From an uncultured virus (IMG/VR IMGVR_UViG_3300047320_000362) (taxonomy: Duplodnaviria > Heunggongvirae > Uroviricota > Caudoviricetes), in IMG/VR virus record IMGVR_UViG_3300047320_000362: a DNA stretch of 64,000 nucleotides. One strand, given 5' to 3'. The notes beneath the pieces are model-generated. The model was given only the letters and a program-made list of their open reading frames with translations. It did no database searches and had not been told where the DNA came from. A program made the translations under genes and the position numbers. Positions 8,803-17,771 of the stretch are shown in pieces (the stretch's first letter is position 1; the number at the start of each line of letters is the position of its first letter).

Positions 8803-9786
8803 CTATGCGGAATGCCTGCGCGGCACGAAGTAGGTGATGGGGAATCCTTCAAAATCGGCGATGCGGCGGCCCATGTCGACCTCGTCGGCGCGCTCCATGT
8901 GAACTTCGAGCGTGGATTCCAGACCGGAGTTTGGGGCGACAACTTTCACGCCGGGATGCGTGCGGGAGAAACGCTCTAGGATATCCGGCGACACTTCGCG
9001 GCCGAGTCCGTCCATCGACTTCGAGCGCAGGTTCATCCGAGGGATCTCATGCCCGTCGGCGCGCGCCCGGGAAATGATCTCCGAGGCGATGTCTTCGGCG
9101 CGGAGGCGGCATTCCACCTCGAACAGCGCGAAGCAGTCCTCACCGACCCTGATGCTGATCTGGCCGCTCTGCCTGTGGATCTCGATGGACTGGATCGAGT
9201 TGTATGGCACCGAACGAAGCTCGGGCTTCCAGCCCCATTTGAACGGGCGGCTTGAATGGATATGGATTGCGTTGGATCCGAGCGCCCACACCGAACCCGC
9301 CCGATATACCATCTCTCCTACCGATTCATCGGGATATCGACCTATGACCAATGGAGTGATGTCGCGGAATGCCTCCCGCACGGTCTCGCAGAGCGCAACC
9401 GCGAAGAGGGTCGAACCGATCCCGGCGCCTGCGAGAATGGGCAGGCCAGCAAAGACCTTCCAACCCACGTGCAGATCCGAGGTCGCCACAATGAACAGGG
9501 AGAGCGCGCATGCGGTGACGAACCAGCCGATGACCCCTCCAATGCCACACGACTTCGCCAGATCCTTGACCCCGTTCCATCGGGCATCCCTTGCCTGCCA
9601 GGTGATCGCCCGGATCCGCCGGACCCCGACGGTCGCGAAGACATCCGCCTCATCTCCGGCACCGCGCAGGGATTCCTCGACGGCTGCAGACGCACGCGCC
9701 CGTTCCGTATTCATGAGTCCCATGAGTTCCTGAATTCTGTTGGGCTTGAGACCGTCGGCGTGAAAGTCGAGTTCACGGAATTGCAT
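8803..9786 (-). CDS. membrane protein with two TM helices
   Basis: ATG at 9786 (MQFRELDF); two hydrophobic segments. Confidence 0.65.
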   Translation of the reverse strand: MQFRELDFHADGLKPNRIQELMGLMNTERARASAAVEESLRGAGDEADVFATVGVRRIRAITWQARDARWNGVKDLAKSCGIGGVIGWFVTACALSLFIVATSDLHVGWKVFAGLPILAGAGIGSTLFAVALCETVREAFRDITPLVIGRYPDESVGEMVYRAGSVWALGSNAIHIHSSRPFKWGWKPELRSVPYNSIQSIEIHRQSGQISIRVGEDCFALFEVECRLRAEDIASEIISRARADGHEIPRMNLRSKSMDGLGREVSPDILERFSRTHPGVKVVAPNSGLESTLEVHMERADEVDMGRRIADFEGFPITYFVPRRHSA

Positions 9787-9929
9787 GAGGATTCCTTCCC
9801 TTGTCTGGAAATCATGATGTCCAGGTTCGGGCGCGACGGCAACATCGAATCCATGACAAACGAGTTGACCTTCCGCCGCATTCGAACGAACATTTCCGGA
9901 GCCAGCCACCCCAGACAAGGATCTTCCCC

Positions 9930-10400
9930 ATGCCCGCAATTACACCCAATGCCATCGCCGCAGCAGTTCTCCTGCTCGCCTCGCAAACCACCGTTCTGGC
10001 TGGCGATATCCGCTCGCATGGGGTCGAGGTGCAGGCGCTGGCTGCGAAGGAAACTCTCGATGGGACGATGAAGTCGGTATCCGTCCGATCGATCGAGGTA
10101 CCGAAGAACGACGCCTCCATCCATGTCGTGGCGACGAAGGTCGGCTGGGTATCATCGATCTCGTTCCGCTCCCCCGACGGCAAGCGCTGCGCCTTCACTG
10201 ACGTCACTGTTGGATCCGGCGCCTTCAATATCGTGCCGGAAGGTGGCACCGTCCATGTGCACCCGCAGATGACAGGCCTGGCCACCAACCTGAACGTCTC
10301 CGTCGCGGGGAGCCGGGAGATCCGCACCTTCGTCCTCGAGGCGGGCACCGAAAAGGTAGACACGCGGACGGAAGTCGTCATGGATTGCCCGCAGGGATAG
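9930..10400 (+). CDS. short DotH/IcmK (TraN)-like secreted protein
   Basis: Signal peptide; GWVSSISFRSPDG, FNI and NLNVSVAG...FVLEAGTEKVDTR resemble the DotH/IcmK core (GFVSSLVFLDSTG..FNI..NLAV.L.G...LIPGQKAVDYR). Confidence 0.55.
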   Translation: MPAITPNAIAAAVLLLASQTTVLAGDIRSHGVEVQALAAKETLDGTMKSVSVRSIEVPKNDASIHVVATKVGWVSSISFRSPDGKRCAFTDVTVGSGAFNIVPEGGTVHVHPQMTGLATNLNVSVAGSREIRTFVLEAGTEKVDTRTEVVMDCPQG

Positions 10401-10511
10401 AAGGGTTCGCTTTGCCGTTATGTTGACATTCGTCAACGTGATGGCTACCTAAGTTGCAGGGATCCGACTGCAACGCGAAGGATTCGTTCCGACCCCATCC
10501 AGGAGACATGA

Positions 10512-10817
10512 ATGGCCAGCATCGAAAAGCGCGCCATCGAGAACAAATACATCCACGACCAGGAACTGAAGTTCCTCGCGGAAGGTCGCCGCAACCGTCT
10601 CGTCGCAGTCTGGGCGGCTCCGATCGTCGGCAAGTCCGATGTCGACGCATACACCAGGGAAGTCGTCGACGCCTTCTTCGCCAAGGGCGGCGATGCTGTC
10701 TACCTGAAGATCCGCGACGATCTCGATGCGGCCGGCAATCCCATCAGCGATGCGGAACTCCGTGCAAAGCTTAACGAGTTCCTGGCGGCGGCTGAGGCCG
10801 AACTCGCCAACGGCTGA
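10512..10817 (+). CDS. DUF1476 / F1Fo-ATPase inhibitor zeta subunit homolog
   Basis: RAIENKYIHDQELKFLAEGRRNRL...WAA...KIRDDL..AG..ISDAELR signature; AGGAG SD. Confidence 0.85.
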   Translation: MASIEKRAIENKYIHDQELKFLAEGRRNRLVAVWAAPIVGKSDVDAYTREVVDAFFAKGGDAVYLKIRDDLDAAGNPISDAELRAKLNEFLAAAEAELANG

Positions 10818-10843
10818 TCCCTCCAGCATCCCCAGAAGACAGG

Positions 10844-10868
10844 AAAGCCCGCGGTCTGCGGGCTTTTT
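10844..10868. terminator. bidirectional intrinsic terminator
   Basis: AAAGCCCGC-GGTCT-GCGGGCTTTTT between convergent genes. Confidence 0.8.
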
Positions 10869-10873
10869 GCTGT

Positions 10874-11209
10874 TCAGAGGACGGTGGTTGTTTCGATGTT
10901 GTTTTCAGGCTCGGCCAGAGTGATGTCGATGCCTTCATCGACCCAGAGCGTCACGTCATCGATCGTGTAGCCATCCACCGTGATCGCGGTGGCATCGGTC
11001 TTGGCGTTCTCGACTGCGTCCTCCTGGTTGTCGGCCTCGACCGAGACGAGCTGGTCGCAGCGAATCTGGACGACGAGCGGCTGTTGGTCTGCATCGCGCT
11101 CCAGAGCCTCGAAATCGTACTCTTCCCAGCCTTCGATGTGTCCGCTCGCATTGGCATCTGCGCGGGTTGCGGTCACGATCGCCCGGACGTTCACGTCATA
11201 GTTCGCCAT
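10874..11209 (-). CDS. acidic hypothetical protein
   Basis: ATG 11209 with AAGGAG SD. Confidence 0.7.
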   Translation of the reverse strand: MANYDVNVRAIVTATRADANASGHIEGWEEYDFEALERDADQQPLVVQIRCDQLVSVEADNQEDAVENAKTDATAITVDGYTIDDVTLWVDEGIDITLAEPENNIETTTVL

Positions 11210-11277
11210 GTGGATCTCCTTGTGTGGCTGGAGACAGCATCTCCGCCAGATCCGCAAGCGACCAGCCAGGAGCTGAC

Positions 11278-11484
11278 TTAGTTCCTTCTGGCCGACTGCC
11301 TGGTTTCGGCCTCGCGGGCGCGGTCACGCTCCTCCATGCGGCGCTCCCATTCCGCCATGACGGCAGGCATGCCGTTGCGCTTCTCCAGACGCAGCTTGTC
11401 GTAAGACCATCTCCGTGGGTCACATGAGAGGTCGTCGTGCCTGGTTCTGCCGTCCATGTCGCCCTCCTGCCGCTGGAATGTCAC
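11278..11484 (-). CDS. small hypothetical protein
   Basis: Part of a tightly packed minus-strand block. Confidence 0.45.
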   Translation of the reverse strand: MTFQRQEGDMDGRTRHDDLSCDPRRWSYDKLRLEKRNGMPAVMAEWERRMEERDRAREAETRQSARRN

Positions 11485-11891
11485 TCGGCCGCCTGAAGCG
11501 GCTCGGTGACGCTCGACTGTTCCTTGTCGAAGCGCTCGAGCGCCTGGTCGGCGAAGCGGCCCCAGTGCAGGGCCTCATGCGCCATGTCGGCATACTTCAT
11601 GGCCTCGCGCACCAGCGCCAGCTCCTGCTTTACTGCAGCAAGCGCCTGTCGGTCGAGAGCGAGCTGATCCGAGGTGTCCTTGGCCATCTTCTGAATCTCG
11701 CTGGCATCGGCGGGAATCTTCAGAACGCGCTCGATCGTGTCCGCAAGCTGGCGGTGGCTTTCCTCCCGGCTCTTGATGTCTCGCTCGAGCTTTGTCTCGC
11801 GGGGCATGAGCTTCTGCACGCGATCCCGCAGATCGTGATCGCGCTTGCGCACCATGGCATAGATCGGGGCGCTGTCGTAGGTCTTGTCCAT
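11481..11891 (-). CDS. coiled-coil hypothetical protein
   Basis: ATG 11891 (MDKTYDS), heptad-rich. Confidence 0.65.
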   Translation of the reverse strand: MDKTYDSAPIYAMVRKRDHDLRDRVQKLMPRETKLERDIKSREESHRQLADTIERVLKIPADASEIQKMAKDTSDQLALDRQALAAVKQELALVREAMKYADMAHEALHWGRFADQALERFDKEQSSVTEPLQAAE

Positions 11892-11892
11892 A

Positions 11893-12732
11893 TCAGATCG
11901 CCTTCTTCGTGGATGGGTAGCGCAGGAGCGCCTCGATGTCGGACGCGAGAAGCTGGATGCCGCCGTCCCTCGTGATGTCATAGCTGTGGATCTCTTCGTA
12001 CACGGTTCCGTGGGCCTTGCGGCGACGCGCGAGATACTCGCTGACGCGGGCGGCCGCGGTGACCTTTGCCGCAAGCGCCGGATCGAGTGCGTCACGGCGA
12101 CGCTCGAGGAGATGGAGGCAGGCTTCGACCTTGGCGTAGACGGAGGATCCCTCCGTGAAGTCGGGCAGGATCTGCGTGCCTTCGTCGTCTCCCTGACCGT
12201 CGAGAAGCATGGAGTCGATCTCATCCAGTTCCGCGGCCAGATCCAGCCGGGAGACGATGATGTCCTGAGCCTCCTGCGGTGAGTATCCGACATCATCCGG
12301 AACGCCGATCTTCTCGATCAGTATCCAGGACAGCACCTCCTCGGCAGCGGTCATCGGGGTGTCGCCACCGTCGGCCATGATGTGGTCCGCATCGTAGAGG
12401 TGCTGTCCGCCGGACGTGATGTCCGACACCTCGAATGCTTCGACTGTCAAGCCGAGGAAGCTGCGGACGAACGCCTTGTAGTCGTCCTCGGCCGCCGTCA
12501 GCGCCTCCTCGGCGCTCCGGTACTTGTTGCTGCCATAGCCATCTCCGGCATGGAAGTGCCATGAGTTGTTGTCGTTCTGCGTGACCAGGTACTCCCGCCC
12601 GAAGACCGACGCGTCATATTGCGGCTTGTCGATGGTGTTCAGGCTCTTCGTCCAGTCCAGCGGTTTCAGTGCAATATCCGCGATCTGTGACAAGGACACA
12701 GTCAGGGTCGGAAGTTCGGGCGTGGCGGTCAT
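11893..12732 (-). CDS. hypothetical protein
   Basis: ATG 12732 (MTATPEL) with AGGA SD. Confidence 0.65.
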   Translation of the reverse strand: MTATPELPTLTVSLSQIADIALKPLDWTKSLNTIDKPQYDASVFGREYLVTQNDNNSWHFHAGDGYGSNKYRSAEEALTAAEDDYKAFVRSFLGLTVEAFEVSDITSGGQHLYDADHIMADGGDTPMTAAEEVLSWILIEKIGVPDDVGYSPQEAQDIIVSRLDLAAELDEIDSMLLDGQGDDEGTQILPDFTEGSSVYAKVEACLHLLERRRDALDPALAAKVTAAARVSEYLARRRKAHGTVYEEIHSYDITRDGGIQLLASDIEALLRYPSTKKAI

Positions 12733-12788
12733 CGGTCGGTTTCCTGTGTGGCGTGATATTGTCGTCGGGCAGCTCTGTCCCGCCGGAT

Positions 12789-13208
12789 TTAGCGGGATCG
12801 GGACGGGGATGCCTGGTTGAGAACCTTGCCGATCACGTTCGCGAATTCCCGGCAGTCGTCGGTCTCGATGAAGATCGGATATCCGTCCCACTCACGTTCG
12901 ATATTGAAGTCGAAGCCGTCGCGGTATGGTTCACCGCGGTTCGTAGCACGAACGACGAAGCTGAGATCGTCCGATCCAAGATTCAGCAGGGCGCCATGCT
13001 TACGCATCGTCGTGACATCGGTGGAGAGGACCTCGCGAAGCTGCTCCAGTTCGCCGGAATCCAGCTCGACCTCGCGGCCCTTGCTCCATTCATCCACGAA
13101 GAGAATGCGGGCAGAGGCCTCGGCATCAGTGCCGGCAAAGGTCACGACGAGGCGACGGCTTTCTTCGCCGGAGAGCTGGAAGAGGGTGATATCGGTCGAG
13201 GCTTTCAT
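12789..13208 (-). CDS. hypothetical protein
   Basis: AGGAG SD, ATG. Confidence 0.65.
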   Translation of the reverse strand: MKASTDITLFQLSGEESRRLVVTFAGTDAEASARILFVDEWSKGREVELDSGELEQLREVLSTDVTTMRKHGALLNLGSDDLSFVVRATNRGEPYRDGFDFNIEREWDGYPIFIETDDCREFANVIGKVLNQASPSRSR

Positions 13209-13246
13209 CGTTGTCTCCTGTCAGATGTATTGGGCGGGGCTTCAGT

Positions 13247-13483
13247 CTACGCAGGATTCGATGCAATCCCATAGGCGGGCATGCCGTCACAGCTCCGCCA
13301 GATGCTCGGGAATCCCTTCTTCACGAGAAGGCCCCGGCGGACGAGCAAGGATAGGCGGATCCGCCAGAACCAGAACTTTGGCAGCGGCGAGAAGCACTCG
13401 ATTCCGTCGATGCGCTGGATCATGCCGGCACCGACCTCATCCCGGAAGTATTCGATCGCGGTCTCCTCGAAGGCGTCCTTCAT
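13247..13483 (-). CDS. small hypothetical protein
   Basis: ATGA overlap with the upstream ORF. Confidence 0.55.
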   Translation of the reverse strand: MKDAFEETAIEYFRDEVGAGMIQRIDGIECFSPLPKFWFWRIRLSLLVRRGLLVKKGFPSIWRSCDGMPAYGIASNPA

Positions 13484-14028
13484 GCCTTGTATCCCTTTGC
13501 GAGCGGATGGAGGTAGAGCGGCTTGCAGCCGATCACGGACTCCGCGTTCTGAGCCTCGACCTCCTCAGGGTTCTCGAGTGGATCCACGAAGGAATAGCGA
13601 TAGTCGGCGTTGTAGCCGCCACCATCGCCCCAGCGCCATGCGACGATCTCCCCCCATTCGTCGGTATGCAGGGGGATCGCCTCCGACAGGCCGTACTTGT
13701 CCTCGGCGAGCTTGGTGCGAACCTCCTTCGGAAGCCCCGACCATACATGGAGCCATGCGACCGGAGGCGTTCCGGCCGTGGCAACGAGATCGCGGTTACG
13801 CAAGTCCTTCGAGTGTCCGGCCTGCTCGCGCTTGAGCTTTTCCGCTGCGATCTGCTCGAGCGCCGCCTTGGCGAAGCCCCAGACCTGGATGCGGAGACGC
13901 TTCTCCGTGAGGCTGCGGTCCTGCGACAGTGCGAGGATGCGCGTCAGGGCGGCTTCGACGGAAACGGGAGCCGTCGAGTCATTTTCAGGCAGGTTGCTAT
14001 CCTTGGTCATCAGGTCCTCGTCGTTCAT
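13480..14028 (-). CDS. phage-like hypothetical protein
   Basis: PVAW...VAWRW...PLY motifs common in phage accessory proteins. Confidence 0.6.
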   Translation of the reverse strand: MNDEDLMTKDSNLPENDSTAPVSVEAALTRILALSQDRSLTEKRLRIQVWGFAKAALEQIAAEKLKREQAGHSKDLRNRDLVATAGTPPVAWLHVWSGLPKEVRTKLAEDKYGLSEAIPLHTDEWGEIVAWRWGDGGGYNADYRYSFVDPLENPEEVEAQNAESVIGCKPLYLHPLAKGYKA

Positions 14029-14035
14029 ATGGCTA

Positions 14036-14455
14036 TCAGCCGTTGTTCAGGTGCCTGTAGAATTCCATGTAGAAGTCCGACACGGCATCCGTGGCGAGAT
14101 TGGCGCTCGCGGACGTTGATCGGTTCATCTCGGAGAACTGGGACTGCGCCCGGTTCATCACGTAGAAGGCCACCTCGGCGGAGACCTCGGCGAACTTCTG
14201 CTCGTCGCCGTATGCGGTGCCATCCGGACGTTTCTCCATCTGGATATGCGCCAGAAACTTCAGGGCCTCGTCCGCATGGAAGACCGCGACGACGAGCGCC
14301 ATGGCGTCGCGGCGCATGAAGTGAGTCAGATGTCCGGCCTCCCGATCGCTGTCCAGCTTCGCGAGCAGGTCTTCACGCCGCGAAACCTTGTGTGCGAGGA
14401 ACTCGCGGACATCCGCAAGTGTCTTGATACGCTTGTTCATGTGCGTGTCTCCCAT
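14036..14455 (-). CDS. hypothetical protein, paralog of 14464-14865
   Basis: Shares LLAK.D..RE.GHL.HF and RSTS.SAN...F..E.Y..LN with its neighbour. Confidence 0.7.
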   Translation of the reverse strand: MGDTHMNKRIKTLADVREFLAHKVSRREDLLAKLDSDREAGHLTHFMRRDAMALVVAVFHADEALKFLAHIQMEKRPDGTAYGDEQKFAEVSAEVAFYVMNRAQSQFSEMNRSTSASANLATDAVSDFYMEFYRHLNNG

Positions 14456-14463
14456 CGTGTTTT

Positions 14464-14865
14464 TCAGTAGCCGCCGTTGAGGGCCTGATAGAGTTCGATC
14501 CAGAATGCGCGCTCCGCATCTTCGTCCTGATTGGCGCTCAGGCTGGTGCTGCGGCTCGTCAGGCGCATGTTCAGGTTGATGACGCGGCGCTGCGTCTCCT
14601 CGCGGACAATGTTCAGCTTCGCCTCGTCAGTAACCAAGCCGCCGCCCTCGGCTTCGCGCTCCTCGGCGATGAAGCTCAGGAAGCGTGCAGACTCATGAGC
14701 GTAGACGGTCAGCGCTTGGAGATAGGTCGCGTTCGAGCTGAGGAAGTGGCGCAGGTGGCCGTCTTCGCGGGCCTTGTCCATCTTGGCCAGGAGTTCTTCC
14801 TGTTCGGACACGGACTTTTCCAGGTAGGACTTGAGGTTCTCGATGGTGCGTACGCGTGCAAACAT
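14464..14865 (-). CDS. hypothetical protein, paralog of 14036-14455
   Basis: ATG 14865 with AAAGGAG SD; shared motifs. Confidence 0.7.
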   Translation of the reverse strand: MFARVRTIENLKSYLEKSVSEQEELLAKMDKAREDGHLRHFLSSNATYLQALTVYAHESARFLSFIAEEREAEGGGLVTDEAKLNIVREETQRRVINLNMRLTSRSTSLSANQDEDAERAFWIELYQALNGGY

Positions 14866-14912
14866 TCCGTGTCTCCTTTGATCGTTGAAGCCATCCGTAA
14901 AGAACTCGCCAG

Positions 14913-14929
14913 TCAATGTCAACAATTAT
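14913..14929 (-). promoter_or_regulatory. conserved -35 region ATAATTGTTGACATTGA
   Basis: Identical 17-mer at 43417-43433; contains TTGACA about 50 nt upstream of a minus-strand start. Confidence 0.65.
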
Positions 14930-15051
14930 TGCCAAAGAAGGGTCGTGAATCCATGCGCAAAAATGCTGGTCGCATAGGATTCGCTTGCGCATCCTTGGAG
15001 AACGAATAGGATCGAGGTGGAACCTATTCCCAGAGAGGAACGGAGAGACGA

Positions 15052-15774
15052 ATGCTGAAGCTCTGCACGCTCACGGGCGTCGATGAATCGACATCCTTCG
15101 ACTGGATCGTCAACACCGCGCAGCTCCATGCGCGGGCCGAGTTCGGCATCCTTCTCTCCGCCACGTCCGACGGCAGTGACAACCGCTACCCGTCCCGCGC
15201 CTTCATCGAGAAATTCGCCGGAGCCATGCAGGGCGCGATGGTCAACACCGCGGTTCACATCTGCGGGCGCGCTGTCCGGATGTTCGTCGATGGCGACAGC
15301 GAAATCCGCGGACTTGCCGCGCGCTTCGGACGTGTCCAGTTGAACTTCAACGCCCAGCACGTTCCGTTCTCGTACGAGGAGCTGGACGCCGCCATCGCGT
15401 CGTTCTCACGCCCGGTGATCACCCAGCACAACGAGGCCAACGCCTGCGTGGCGGCCAGCATCAAGGCGCCGAACCACCATGTGCTGTTCGACGCGTCCGG
15501 CGGCCGCGGCATCCACGCCAAGGAATGGCCGGAGAGGCTCCATGGGAAGCTCTACGGCTACGCCGGAGGGTTCGGCCCCGAGACGCTGATCTTCGATCTC
15601 AAGGGCGCGCAGGATGCGTCCGAAGGGCGGCCGTTCTGGATCGACATGGAGAGCCGCCTTCGCCACGACAACTGGCTCGACGCGTCCATCTGCGAGACCG
15701 TGCTGCGCTGCGCCTCCGCATGGGCCGACGCCGAGAAGCACCGTCACTGCCAGGAGCGCAAGATCGATGGCTAA
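15052..15774 (+). CDS. TrpF (PRA isomerase)-like TIM-barrel protein
   Basis: LFDASGGRG, GYAGGFGP, FWIDMES motifs. Confidence 0.7.
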   Translation: MLKLCTLTGVDESTSFDWIVNTAQLHARAEFGILLSATSDGSDNRYPSRAFIEKFAGAMQGAMVNTAVHICGRAVRMFVDGDSEIRGLAARFGRVQLNFNAQHVPFSYEELDAAIASFSRPVITQHNEANACVAASIKAPNHHVLFDASGGRGIHAKEWPERLHGKLYGYAGGFGPETLIFDLKGAQDASEGRPFWIDMESRLRHDNWLDASICETVLRCASAWADAEKHRHCQERKIDG

Positions 15775-15922
15775 ACGGAACAAGACCGAAGGCATGCTGG
15801 GCGACCAGAGCCGCTGGGAGATCATCAAGTATCTCCTGCTGATCGGAGACTACCGAGCGGCCGTCGCATGGCTGTTCGTCAGGCGCCGGAAACCCGCCCC
15901 GGCGCCACGCCACGGTTCGTGA
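15767..15922 (+). CDS. small hypothetical protein
   Basis: Overlaps the previous stop; AGGAG SD. Confidence 0.4.
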   Translation: MAKRNKTEGMLGDQSRWEIIKYLLLIGDYRAAVAWLFVRRRKPAPAPRHGS

Positions 15923-15992
15923 ACACCAACGCGCCCTTATGGATTCAATCCAGCCGGATACCGCCCCGGCGTTTCACATGCAGGAGAGACGG

Positions 15993-16208
15993 ATGAACAG
16001 GGATGAAATCGAGTCCGCGGCAGCCGTCTTGGGGAAGATGAACCGTCTCTGGCGTGACCCCCAGGCTCGAAAGAGATTCGAGCAGGAAGCCGGCCTGGAT
16101 CCCATCATTTCAGGGAACAGCCCTGAGGTCGAGGACCAGCACCAATCCGGACGGACTGAACAGTACCATGTCAGGTTCGAAGCATGGGCGCGAAGCCAGG
16201 AAATCTGA
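15993..16208 (+). CDS. small hypothetical protein
   Basis: AGGAG SD, ATG 15993. Confidence 0.55.
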   Translation: MNRDEIESAAAVLGKMNRLWRDPQARKRFEQEAGLDPIISGNSPEVEDQHQSGRTEQYHVRFEAWARSQEI

Positions 16209-16809
16209 ACACCCGCCAAACCATTCCTGTGACAGAGGACATATCATGAGCACTGAATCGCATATCTACTACGGCTTCTCCCTGACCGAGGACTACGACA
16301 AGATCCAGGAGGTTCTTGGCGAGATCCTGGACGACGAGGGGTTCAACCTTCAGGACTACGTCTGGGAAAACGAGATCGGCGAAAGTCACTACAACGGCGG
16401 CGGATACGGCCAGGTGACTTGCGTCGGGAAGGACATCCCCGAGACCGACCGCGGCTATGTAGTCACGGACGAGATCATCGCAGAGGTCAAGTCGATGATC
16501 GCCAATCTTCCGTCCGAGTTCCAGAAGGCGCTGAAGGAAGTTGTAGGCAGCCAATCATTTTGACCGGCAGCCATTCAAATGTCGCAGTAGATGCGATGGC
16601 TGGATGGCGATCAATATTCTGAAAACATAGTCGAAATCCGCTTTGAGGTCAATCTTGGCCTGGAATTCATGCGGGTCGCAGTAGTGGCCCAGTTGAACCA
16701 AGGTGCTCGGTAACAACATTTGCGCTCGTCTTCGTCGGATCCCACCTATGGGGTTTGCGCCGGCACAGATCGACCGGAAGATAGGGTCACATTTCCGGAG
16801 TCCTTTCTG

Positions 16810-17433
16810 ATGCCGATCATCGACATGTCGCTCGACAGCGATACACTTGCCGCCAAGATCACCGCCTCGGTCGACCAGATCGCCGACGGAATAGGGAACT
16901 GTGAGGGCGGAAAGATTTATGTCGTCGGCAGCGCCGATGACTTCGATGAAATCTGCGCGCCATTGATCGATCAGTTGCCTAACGTCGTCGGCAGCGCCTG
17001 CATCTGGGCGAAGCTTCGGCCGAGTCCCATTTTCCCGACGAATGTGGATGTCATCATCACCGGAAACTACATCGAGCCCGGAAAGGACGGATGCGCCCTT
17101 GTTCTCTGCCAGTCCGTGGTCGCCCTTCCAGAGCAAATAATTGCGGCTGCCTCTCAAGTGTTGGAGACCTTCGACGCCTCGCAAGTCGTACTTGCGGCCG
17201 TCAGCATCGCCCCGTCGGCGCGCACGGAACTGGCGAGGTTCTTTCATGAACGCTATGGGATCGAGGCCCGCTTTGTAAGCCTTGAGGATTACCCGGTGCC
17301 CGCACCTCCACTGACCTTTCATCACCGCTTCGTCGATCTTATCGACAACCGTCCCAAGCGCGATTTCCCGGTGATGCCGGAATGGGTCTTGGATCGTATC
17401 AAGGGGAACGGAGAAATGACGGACGACGAGTAG
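16810..17433 (+). CDS. cargo protein, possible degenerate phosphoribosyltransferase-like fold
   Basis: Alpha/beta alternation (KIYVVGSADDFD, ACIW, NYIEP, ALVLCQSVV); inside the mini-transposon. Confidence 0.55.
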   Translation: MPIIDMSLDSDTLAAKITASVDQIADGIGNCEGGKIYVVGSADDFDEICAPLIDQLPNVVGSACIWAKLRPSPIFPTNVDVIITGNYIEPGKDGCALVLCQSVVALPEQIIAAASQVLETFDASQVVLAAVSIAPSARTELARFFHERYGIEARFVSLEDYPVPAPPLTFHHRFVDLIDNRPKRDFPVMPEWVLDRIKGNGEMTDDE

Positions 17434-17486
17434 AGGTCATGGCACTTCCAAAACTTGATTGCCATCCTGTGAAGAGGATTTAGGAA

Positions 17487-17771
17487 ATGATCGACGTCGA
17501 TATGGAATCCGTACCCGCGTTCACCGACGCAGTGAACTCTGCCGCGCGCAATGGCGAGCTGAGGGGCGTCGCGAGGTCGCTCGCGAGGTACCTCAATGCG
17601 CGCGGAGTGAACCATCCTGACATTCACAAGCACCTGTGCGAACTCCCTCTCGGCACGCTTCGGCAACTACGGGACGAATGCTTCAATACCGACGATCGGG
17701 AAGAACTTGGTGAGACCCGCGTAGGCGACTTCGGACTTTCGGGCACTCCAAAGAATAGATATCCGGGGTGA
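17487..17771 (+). CDS. hypothetical cargo protein
   Basis: AGGA SD, ATG; inside the mini-transposon. Confidence 0.5.
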   Translation: MIDVDMESVPAFTDAVNSAARNGELRGVARSLARYLNARGVNHPDIHKHLCELPLGTLRQLRDECFNTDDREELGETRVGDFGLSGTPKNRYPG

